Both the position numbers and the translations under genes were made by a program. The notes under the pieces are model-generated. The model was given only the letters and a program-made list of their open reading frames with translations. It searched no databases and was not told the DNA's origin. A DNA stretch of 64,000 nt from Malacoraja senta (lineage: Eukaryota), in NCBI GenBank assembly GCA_038087875.1, contig CM075995.1, forward strand, positions 9,550,001 to 9,614,000, read 5' to 3'. Positions 23,445-34,000 of this stretch are shown in pieces. Position 1 is the stretch's first letter. Every line of letters starts with the position of its first letter.

Positions 23445-25010
23445 TTTATTTATTTATTTATTTTTATTTTTATTTTATTAGAAGTAAGTACAATCGTATG
23501 GCACCAAAGTGCCTAATATATATTTACATAATAAATTTTATGTACATCTTCTTATTTTTTAAAATTATAATAAAGAAGAATAAGAAAAAGAAATTGGATA
23601 ATAAAGGATAGAAAAACGTGAGATTATATAGTGTGTGAAAAAGAAAAAAAAAGAATGAAAGAATAAAGTTGAAGAAAAGAAAATAGGAAAAAGAGAGTAA
23701 AAAATAAAAAATAAAAGTAAGGAGATCATTATTTATAAACTTGAACATCCCTCACCCAGTCCCGAGACAGTTAGCTTTTACAATTGTGTTGCACCATATG
23801 ATTCCAAAAAGACGACAAATGGAGACCAACTCGTTAAGAATTGGTCTGATTTATCTATTAGGAGGAATCGCATTTCCTCAAGATGTGCGGTGTCCAACAT
23901 GCTTGATATCCACATTTTAAGCGTTGGTATTGGAGTATTTTTCCAAAATTTAAGTATTAATTTTTTTGCTATTATTAAACCATAATTTAAAAATAAATTT
24001 TGAGATGAGTTCAATTTATTCCCATCTTCCATTACTCCAAATTTAATCATTTCAGTATTAGGTTCCATTCTTATCTTGAATAATTTTGTAAATATTTCAA
24101 AAATATCACTCCAAAATCTATAAAGTTTTATGCAGGAAACAAAAGAGTGTGTTAAAGTTGCGTTTTGGGATAGACATTTATCACAAATGGGGGATATATC
24201 TGGATCGAATTTATTCAATCTTGTTTTTGAATAATATAATCTATGTAAAATTTTAAATTGAATTAGATTATGTCTTGCATTAATCGAACATTTGTGAATA
24301 TATATTAAATACTTTTCCCATGTAACCTTCGTAATTTTTACCATTAATTCCCGTTCCCACTCTTCTCTAAGTACCTCTGTCGATGGTAGGTCTATATTTA
24401 AAATACTATTATATAAATATGATATTAATTTTTGTGAGTCAGCTTTAATATTCATTGCTTCTTCCAGTAAGTCAGAAGTTATTTTTTGATATCCTTGTAT
24501 GTATTTCTCCATGAAATCGCAAATCTGAAGATATTTAAAATATTGGTTATTTTTCTATTTAAATTTTAATTGTAATTGTTGGAATGATAATAGATTTCCC
24601 ATTTCATACATATCCCCGATCCTTTTAATTCCTAAACGTTACCATTGGTTATGTTTTATCAATAAGAGATGGTTTAAATAAAGGATTATTCGCTATTGGC
24701 ATTAACAATGATACATTTCTTAATTTTAAGGATAATTTTATTTGTTTCCAAATTCTTATTGTATCGTGTATAATTGGGTTCTTCTTATAAATTGTGTTCA
24801 ATTTTTTCGGGGAGAAGAGGATCGTTCCTATATTAGAAGGAAAACAATCCTCTTTCTCCATTCTTATCCATTCTGTCTGTTGGGTAGAACGGTCCAACCA
24901 ATAAATTATATTCTTAATATGCACTGCCCAAAAATAATACAAGAAATCCTGGAGTGAAAGTCCCCCGACATCTTTTGGCTTACATAAGTGTTTTTTAAAA
25001 ATCTATAATC
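23445..25010 (-). mobile_element. 5'-truncated L1 (ORF2 C-terminus + 3' UTR) inserted in the DIRS
   Basis: ORF 23778-24512 has QFKILHRLYYS and the zinc knuckle CDKC...HSFVSC. An A-rich tail appears as (TTTA)n at 23445-23479. Confidence 0.92.
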
Positions 25011-25164
25011 CCTCATCGTAACTCGTAACTCCTCATAAAATAAAGATCAAACTTCAAACTGGTAAATTCTCGTTTAATCTTACTATTTTCCAGCATCTGC
25101 AGTTCCTTCTTAAACATATAGATTATCCACTTGGGTTGTTATTAATTTACAAGGGGCATAGACA

Positions 25165-25745
25165 ATAGTCAAGAGTCTTTTATTTGTCATACGTCCCAAA
25201 GAGGAACAATTAACTTCTTACTTGCAGCAGGATGACAGATATGTAAACATAATAATCTATGAAACCTACAATAAACAATTAAAACAAGTTCAGTATATAT
25301 ATGTTACCGAACCAGGCCTCGGTGCCACCATTCAATATGCTCTCTATTGTACACCTGAAAGGTTTAAGAGAGTATTCGTTGAAATACCGGATCTCCTCAA
25401 TCTTCTCAACAAGTAGATGCATTGATGGGCTTACTTTATGATTGCATCAATGTGCTGAGTCCCCGGCAGATCTTCAGAGATGTGCACGCCCAAGGTTTGT
25501 AGCTTTTGAGTCTCTCCTTCACCATCCCGTCGATAAAGACAAGTTTGTGGTTCCCCGTCCTACCTCAGATCCTTAGTCTTCTTGATGTTGAGAGCAAGGT
25601 TATTTTTCTGGCATCATTTAGTCCTTCGATCTCCCTCCGACACTCTGATTCGTCGTCATCTGTATTTTGTCCAACAGTAGTACTGTCGTCGGGAATCTTG
25701 AAGATTGAGTTCTCACTGTGTCTGGCTGCACAGTCGTGAACACCA
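25165..25745 (-). mobile_element. Rex1/Babar-like LINE fragment
   Basis: TGACAAATAAAAGACTCTTGA-type 3' end, with RT C-terminal remnants (DDTTVGQ..DDDES..RRE). Confidence 0.6.
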
Positions 25746-25954
25746 TGGATGAGAGGGAAACATGTAGGCAGACATGACAGGCGGAAGACAGTGGGTGTAT
25801 GGAAAGCGCTGCTAGACGACGTGGTGGAGGTGGGTAAAATGACAACAGGGCAAGAACATTTTGAGAGTTTTATGGATAGGAAAGGTATATGGGGCCCAAT
25901 GCTGGCAAATAAAACCAGCTCAGCAGGACACCTTGTTCGGCATGAGGGAAATAA

Positions 25955-26335
25955 TAGGTGGAAGAATTCAGAAGGTCAGGGAGCATCTGTGGAGGGAATG
26001 GTTAAGTGTAGTTTCGGGTCAGGCCCTTCTTCAGAGTTATGGAGTTGAGGAATGGTGGAAAGGATATGGGGACCTGACAAAGCCTGGTAAGTGATAGGTA
26101 GCTGTGCAGTGTAGGTAGCCAGTGTGAAGAGGTGAGGTGGAGGGAGGTTGTGGGGCAAGAGCTTGCAAGCCATAGTTGGATGCAGGTAAGGAGGGGTTGA
26201 TTGGAGATAGAATCAGGAGGGATGGGAAGAGGAGTCACGCAACGGGCTAATTGACAGGTGGGTGAAGTAAATGACAACGGCTAGAAGTGAAAAATAAACA
26301 AAAGGGTCAAGATGAGGAAAGAAGAGGAGTGAAAT
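25955..26335 (-). mobile_element. Penelope-type repeat fragment with hammerhead-like core
   Basis: The minus strand reads CTGAAGA-AGGG cctga CCC-GAAAC at 26034-26011, followed by a CCACAGATGCT motif similar to the 19014 copy. Confidence 0.6.
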
Positions 26336-26484
26336 GGCATTATGCTTTGTGTCTAAAGTTCTATGGCCCTGTTTAATTATGGTTCTATGAAAATATCTGT
26401 TATTAAATTCATTGTCCATGATACTTTTGTCAGTCTCCTTCGACCAACACAACATGCAGATTAAAGTCTCCCACAGAGTCATAG

Positions 26485-28530
26485 CGTCAGAGAGTGATAC
26501 AGTGTGGAAATAGGCCCTTTGGCCCAATATGCCCACACCAGCCAACAAGTCCCAGCTACATTAGTCCACCTGCCCGTGTTTGGTCCACATCCTTCCAAAC
26601 CTGTCCTATCCATGTACCTGTCTTACTGTTTCTTAAATGTTGGGATAGTCCCTGCCTGAATTACCTCCTCTGGCAGCTTGTTCCATACACCCACTGTGTA
26701 TTAAATCTTTTCCCTTTCACCTTAAATCTATGTTCACTGTTCCTCGATTCACCTACTGGGCAAGAGACTTGGTGCATCTATCCGATCCATTCATCTCGCG
26801 TGTTTATACAGCTCTGTAAGGTTACCTCTCATCCTCCTGCGCTCCAAGGAACAGAGTTGCAGCCTACTCACCCTATATCTCAGGCCCTGTAGTCCTGGCA
26901 ACATCTAAAGAAATCTTCTCTGCACCCATTCCAGCTTGACAAAATCTTCCCTATAGAATGGTGCCCATAACTGAGCACAATACTCCAGAATGTTCTGGAA
27001 TTTTTTGAGGATGTAACTAGGAAAAGGGAGAGCCAGTGGATGTAGTGTACCTGGAATTTCAGAAAGCATTTGATAAGGTCCCACATTGGGGATTAATGGG
27101 CAAAATTACGGCAAATGGTATTAGGGGTAGAGTGCTGACATGGATAGAAAATTGGTTGGCAGACAGGAAACAAAGCGTAGGGATTAACTGGTCCCTTTCG
27201 GAATGGCAGGCAGTGACTAGTAGGGTACCGCAAGGCTTGGTGCAGGGACCGCAGCTATTTACAATATACTGTACATCAATGATTTAGATGTAGGGATTCA
27301 AAGTAACATTAGCAAATTTGCAGATGACACAAAGCTGAGTGGCAATGTAAACTGTGAGGTGGATGCTATGAGAATGCAGGGTGACTTGGATAGGTTGGGT
27401 GTGTGGGCAGATGCAGTTTAATGTGGATAAATGTGAGGTTATCCACTTTGGTAGCAAAAGCAAGAAGGCAGATTACTATCTAAATGGTGTCAAGTTGGGA
27501 AAAGGGGAAGTACAACGGGATCTGGGGGTCCTTGTTCATTAGTTAATGAAAGTAAGCATGCAGGTACAGCAGGCAGTGTAGAAAGCAAATGGCATGTTGG
27601 CCATCATATTAAGAGGAATTGAGTATCGGAGCAAAGAGGTCATTCTGCAGTTGTACAGAGCCCTGGAGTATTGTGTGCAGTTTTGGTCCCCTAATTTGAG
27701 GAAGGACATACTTGCTATTGAGGGAGTGCAGCGAGAGAGGGAGTGCAGCGAGAGCTGGATAAGAGATATGGAGAATGCAGGAAAGTGGTACTGATTGTGG
27801 ATGATCAGCAATGATCACATTGAATGGCGGTGCTGGCTCGAAGGGCAGAATGGCCTACTCCTGCACCTATTGTCTATTGTCTATTATCTGCAAGTTTGCT
27901 AATCTTGTCGTGTATGTTCTCATCCAAATAATTGATGTAGTTGATAAAGAATAATGGGTTCAGCACCGAAGCTTTGAGGAACATCACTAGTCACAGGACT
28001 CCAGTCTGAGATGCAATATTCCACCATCGCCATCTGCTTCCTTCCATGAAGTCATTTTTTTAATCCATTCAGCTATCTTTCCTGGGATCACAAGTGATCT
28101 AACCTTCCAGAGCAGCCTCCCATATGGACCCTTGTTGACAGCTTTGCTGAATTCCATATGTACAACATCTACAGCACTGCCCTCGTCAACCTTTTTGCTC
28201 ACGTCTTCAAAAAACTCAATCAGATTTGTAAGACATGACCCCACGTCCCAAACCATGCTGACCATCCCTGATCAGCCCTTCGTCTGAATGCCTGTATATA
28301 CTATCCCTCAGAATAATCTCTTGTAAATTTTCAATTACACATGTTCAGCTCACTGGCCTATGGTTTCCAACATTTTCCCTGCAGCCTTTCTTGAATAGAG
28401 GCACGACATTTGTCACCCTTCAGTCTTTCGGCACCTCTCCTGTATTTAAAGACGACTGGTAAATCGCAACCAGGGCACCCGCAATTTCCTCTCGGGTTTC
28501 CCGCAATGTCCTCGGATATATCTGATCAGG
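26485..28530. mobile_element. Cluster of CR1/HER1 fragments (minus 26485-26985, plus 26985-27886, minus 27886-28530)
   Basis: Motifs DVVYLEFQKAFDKVPH, CLTNLIEFFE and LEYCVQFWSP, and a (TATTGTC)n tail at 27868-27886. Confidence 0.85.
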
Positions 28531-28760
28531 TCTACCTTCACACATGAAAGTAATGACAATTGCTATTCCTCTGCAACACACCTTCGATACCTTCTGTTTT
28601 GTACTTGGTCTATTACGATGCTGAACCCTATGAGCCTGTAGTCTAATCTCAGCAGTGTGCAGCATCAGCCATTAATTTAATGTTCTCCGAGGGTCGCCTC
28701 CTTATTGTGGTCGAGAGGCGATGTGTGCCCGAGATCCTGTGAGCTGTACTCTCTGGAGTG

Positions 28761-29437
28761 CCGGCGACTGTGAAGTTCGCGGCACTCGCCTGAAAAACTG
28801 GGAACTGGAACAGCGACTGTCAGAGTGCAACACACAGACACAGACAGAGCGGGGGAGCGCTGTGTGAAATTCACACTATGCAAAACCAAGCTGATACAGA
28901 CACACACCGTGATGCACAGGAAGGTTAAGACGGCTAGCACAGTGTACGGTAAGTCCTCGAGAAGGGGGGGGAGAGGAGAAGGGGGGGGGGAGTGACTTTT
29001 AAGAAGCCAGACAACTTTTAATAAGCCAGAGATAATCAGCTGTGATGTTTGATGGGCATTTAACATTATCCTTGGTTATCCTTGGTTCTGGAAACTTCTG
29101 CTTACATTTTTCCCCCCCCCAATGTGCCAATGAAAATGCCCGGTCAGCAAAGGCAATTAACTAAAACTACCTACAATTACCTCGACTACCTACAACTACA
29201 TGGTGACCCCAGTACAACTGCACCTACGATTACATGATTATTGATTTTCTCCATGGCGACCAATTTTCGGTCGCAGAAAATGAGGCCGTGACTAGTTCCC
29301 AGAATGCGGGAACTCCTCGCGACCATGAAGGAGACTCACCAGAGACCACCAGGGAACATGTGGCGACCATGTGGGGATCATGAGGTGAGCGCAGTCTCCT
29401 GCACTCGTCTAAAAAGTCGCCTAAGTGGGACAGGCCC
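28761..29437. mobile_element. One-ended PIF/Harbinger-like non-autonomous DNA element
   Basis: The right terminus GTCGCCTAAGTGGGACAGGCCC matches the TIR of the MITE at 30131-30325. No left TIR is present. Confidence 0.65.
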
Positions 29438-30130
29438 TGTGTGCCCGAGATCCTGCAAGCTGTACTCTCTGGAGTTGTGCTCTGGCAGGATATCCCATAG
29501 TGGAAAGTTAAGTGGGATACGCAGCCCAAGAATAAGACCTCGATGATGGAACATGTGGAGGATGGTGACGGGCGAACGGGTGGAGCTCAACAATGCTGAG
29601 AAGGCTGCAACTAGGAGAGACATCAAGCCATGGTGTAGTCCATGTCCTTACACGCGGGACAGCTTCTTTGAAGGACCGAGTTGTCGCTATCCATGCATAA
29701 GTCTCCCACGTTAAAAGATGACGCACACTGAAGTCTACCTGGATGGACAAAGTCTGTGGATCCATCTTCAGCCATCTGAAGACCCACCGAAAGGAGCCAC
29801 CAGGAGGACAATCATACACGACCAAGTGATCAATAATCATGGCGATTACAGCGCGGAGATACCCAGCAAGCAGCGTGTCGCGAGTGTTCCTGGCAAACGG
29901 GGCCAAGCCCTGCAGCAGGTCGGGCTCGCCCGCAGTGGAAGATTGACCCAGTCGCCCTTCTCGCCCGCCGTGCAGACGGAAACCTGCCCCGGGCCACCGG
30001 CATCGGTGCCCACGGACAACCGCACACAAACTGGGTTCCGTTGGAGAGCGAGGAGGGTCATCAAAATTGAGGTAGGTCGTCAAACGTGAGGAGAGGCACT
30101 GGAGAGCGAGGTGATGTGCCGGACAGTTAT

Positions 30131-30325
30131 GGGCCTGTCCCACTTAGGCGATTTTTTGCGTGACTGCCGCAAAATTTTTAACATGTTGAAAATTTTTCAG
30201 CGACAGTGGCGACAGTTTTTGCTGTAGTAGGTGCTGCCGCAGGTTGTCGCCAGGTGTCGTAGTTGAATTCCATTAAAAATAGTCCCTGTTAGTCGCCTAA
30301 AGAGTCGCCTAAGTGGGACAGGCCC
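30131..30325. mobile_element. MITE with terminal inverted repeats (PIF/Harbinger-like)
   Basis: GGGCCTGTCCCACTTAGGCGA ... TCGCCTAAGTGGGACAGGCCC forms a perfect 21-bp TIR. Confidence 0.85.
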
Positions 30326-30674
30326 ATTCGGAGGGTCGCCTGACAGCAAGATGGGCCGTCGTGAGCGAGGAGGGACTTTGCAGTGTGAGGAGGACCCTAG
30401 GACAGATGTTAGAGGGACGTGTGTGTGTGTGGACTGCTGCCGTGTGCGGTATGTTTGGCATGTTCGGTAAATTTTTGTAACGTTGGCAGCGTAAAAATGT
30501 GGCGACACTGATGTATTGTCCAGGTGAGGTCTGCAACATGACTTTACCGGTTGTATGCAAACCAAATCATTTCACTGTAGTTAAGTACATGTGACAATAA
30601 GGAATCATTGATATTGATTGTTTGTACCCGACCTGAGACCACATCACGATCCGCGACCACATTGATGTTCATTC

Positions 30675-30680
30675 TTTATT
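30675..30680 (-). promoter_or_regulatory. Candidate polyadenylation signal of the lectin gene
   Basis: AATAAA on the minus strand in non-repetitive sequence ~220 bp past the relic exon stop. Confidence 0.55.
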
Positions 30681-30898
30681 TACTACTACACTAATATGAC
30701 ATTTCCGGTTCTCGTTACAACAGAATGATCTCTTTCCACACGGAGACACCACATATTGCGGCTGGCCAGATTTGGAGCTAAACAAATTAAATACTATTGG
30801 AACAACAATTTAAACAGCATCTGTGAAGACAGAGGGACAGGCCACGTTGCAGCTACATTTGGGTCAGTCCCGGGAAAAGCGTAGTGGTGATAGACCGT

Positions 30899-31051
30899 TT
30901 AGTTAACTTGGTTCTCCTGTACGCATACGCTAAAGACATCCACCTCACATCAGGTCAGGATTTTCTGAGATCCGGGGATGATAATGTTCACATACTGGCC
31001 ACCAATTCCATGACAAGCGATGTAGATTGTCTGTTCAATTCCTTCGGCTAT
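30899..31051 (-). pseudogene. Relic second half of a second F-type lectin domain, probably now the terminal exon / 3' UTR
   Basis: After acceptor CTCTTTCAG| it reads IAEGIEQTIYIACHGIGGQYVNIIIPGSQKILT*CEVDVFSVCVQENQVN*. There is an in-frame TGA at 30950-30952, and the N-terminal Cys is missing. Confidence 0.8.
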
Positions 31052-34000
31052 CTGAAAGAGATCAAGTTAACGAGGTCAGAACCAATGTCCGAAATAGGAC
31101 CCGACTGAAAACCTTGCCTGTCCATTTCCTTCACAGATGTTTCCTGACTCCAGTAATTTGTGTTTTGCTCAAGATTCCAGCACCTGCAGTTTCTTGTCCA
31201 TCTGGGATTCTCTTCTCCTTTGACACCTTTTCAGTTGGGGCACTAGTCAGACGGGTGTTCCTGACCTTGCTGTTCAGCACGTGCACCACAAACACAGACA
31301 GAGATTTATCGGTGACACAGGCGGCTGCAGAGGCTGGGATCTTGACCAGAAACAAAGTCCTGGAGTAATTCCTCTTCTGCCCGACAGGCATTCTGTGAGA
31401 GCCTCTCCCACTGCTCCCCCTCTGTGATTCCTGCTTGTCTTCGACCAAAAAGCTTACCTCAGGTTGCATCGCAGCTTGGTATGGAAACAGCCCTGCCCAA
31501 GACCGCAAGACAGACATTGCATAGTTGCAGATGTAGCCCAACCCATCACACAGACCAGATAGCGCACCATCGATTCTGGCTGTCTCGGAAAAGCAGCTGA
31601 CATAATCAAATACTTTTTACACCCTGATCATTCCTTCTTCTCCCTGCTCCTGCAGGAAATACAGACGCTTGAAAGTGTGCACCACCAGATACAGGAACAG
31701 CTTCTTCCCCTCTGTTATCAGGCTTCTGTATGGTCCTTCCATAAGCTAGGGCGCTGTCGATTCACCTCTACTCCATTGAGGGCATTGGACATTTTCTATG
31801 CAACTATTCTGCACTGTACTAGAATTGACGATTGTATTACATATAGTAGATGAGCTGTTTGGATAGCATGCAAAATAAAGCATTTCACTGTACCTAGGTT
31901 TACGATAAAATACGAAAGAACTTTAGTCATCGCTGGAGGGAGATTGGTCTGCCAACAAGGTGCACGAAAACTTGAAATTAACATTAAATTAAAAGTGAAA
32001 AAAATGTAAAAAGAGAAGCGATTGTTGGCGATTGCAACGCCATTTATCCATGTTCTCCAGAGATGCTGTCTGACCTGCTGATTTACACCAGCACTTTGTG
32101 CCATTTTTATGCTTTAATCTGGTTAGCATTCTAGTAAAACTCTTCTACGCCTTTTTCAGAGCCTCCACGCCCTGTCATGTGGCGACCAGTACAACACGCA
32201 TCACTTCAAATGTATTATGTAACACGGCAGACCTAGCCGTCTCCTGTGAATGTACCTCACGGTTCTTCCATGGTTTCCGGTTGGGGAACACTCGGATTGT
32301 CTTTGTCGCCACGCACTCCTCTGCACACATGCTGATGAAGTCAGTAACGGCAATGTCATACTCATTCAGGTTGGCTGCAGAACTGCTGCATATGGACCAG
32401 TCCACTGACTCAAAGCAGTTTCTTGGAATATCATCCGTGTCCACCGACCAGCATTGGAGGTGAGGGTTGAGCAAGAGAGGGGAGAATTTGGAGGTGATGG
32501 AGAGGATGCAGTGAGGGATCACCATAATTCTGCCTGGATTGGAGGGTATTAGCAATAAGGGAAAGATGGACAAAGTTGGATTGTTTTCTCTGTAGCGTGA
32601 GAGGTTGAGGGGAGACCCTCATGAAATTATGAGGCACAGGTTGGGTAAACAGTCAGAACCTTGTTCCCAGTGTGGAAATGTTTAAGGACTAGAGGGCATA
32701 TCTATAAGTTGAGGGGAGAAAGTTGATAGGAAATGTGAGTGGCAAGTTTTTACACAGAGGGTAATGTGTATCTCGAACGTGCTCCAGGGATGGTGGTGGA
32801 AACACAAACGATCATGACATTTAAGAGTATAAAAAATAAAGTGGATGAGCTTGAGGCTCAGTTAGAAATTGGCAAGTATGATGTTGTGGGAATTACAGAG
32901 ATGTGGCTGCAAGAGAGCCAGGGCTGGGAACAGAATATTCAAGGGTATACCTCCTATCGAAAAGACAGACAGGTGGGCAGAGGGGGTGGGATAGCTCGGT
33001 TGGTGCGGAATTAAATTCAGTTTCTTGTAAGGGGTGACATTGAAATAGGAGATGTGGAGTCAGCATTGATAGAACTAAGGAATTGTAAGGGTAAAATGAC
33101 CATATTGGGACTTATCTACAGGCCCCCAAACAGTAGCTTGGATATAGGGTGCAAGTTGAATCGGGAGTTAAAATTGGCATGTAGTAAAGGTAATGCTATG
33201 GATGTTATGGGAGATTTCAACATGCAGGTAGACTGGGAAAATCAGATTGGTACTGGACCCCAAGAAATGGAGTTTGTGGATTGTCTCTGTGATGGATTCT
33301 TAGAGCAGCTTGTATTGGAGCCAACCAGGGAGAAGTCAATTCTGGATATAGTGTTGTGTAATGAACCGGATTTGATAAAGGAACTTGAGGTTAAGGAGCC
33401 AATAGGAGGTAGTGCCCATAATATGGTCAGGTTTAATCCACAATTGGAGAGGGAGAAGGGTAAAACGGAGGTGTCAGTGTTACAGTTGAATGAAGGAGAC
33501 TATGGAGCCATGAGGGAGGAGCTGGGCAAAGTTGACTGGAAAGATACCCTAGCAGGGATGACAGTGGAACAACAATGGCAGAAATTTCTGGGAATAATAC
33601 AGAAAGAGCAAGATCAGTTCTTTCCAAAGAGGAAGAAAGATTCCAAGGGGAGTAAGGGGCGAATGTGACTGACAAGGGACATTATAAAAATAAAAGAGAA
33701 GAAGTACGTAGCAAAGATGAGCGGGAAGCAAGAGGATTGGGTAATGTTTAAAGAGCAACAGAAGATAAAAGGGCAATACGGGGAAAAATTATGAGGTACG
33801 AAGAGGTAAGCTAGCCAAGAATATAAAGGAGGATAGTAAAAGCTTATTTATGTATGTGAAGAGGAAAAAATTACTTCAGACCAAAGTTGGACCCTTGAAG
33901 ACTGAAAAAGGTGAATTTATTATGGGGAACAAGGAAATGGCAGATGAGTTGAACAGGTACTTTGGATCCGTCTTCACTAAGGAGGACACAAACAATCTTC

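Larger units (their letters stand above)
19118..25085 (+). mobile_element. DIRS1-like tyrosine-recombinase retrotransposon; both termini present, decayed, with an L1 inserted near the 3' end
   Basis: The left end is TTTACTTCGGAGTCACGTGAG and the right end is ...CGTTTAATCTTACTA. Domain order is gag-like, RT, RNase H, MT, YR. Confidence 0.93.

Noticed and set aside
31927..31970. Alternative short terminal exon for the lectin (acceptor TTTCAAG|, reading VFVHLVGRPISLQR*)
   Set aside because: It has a good pyrimidine tract and compatible phase but no homology support. It is kept only as an alternative to the 31051 exon.
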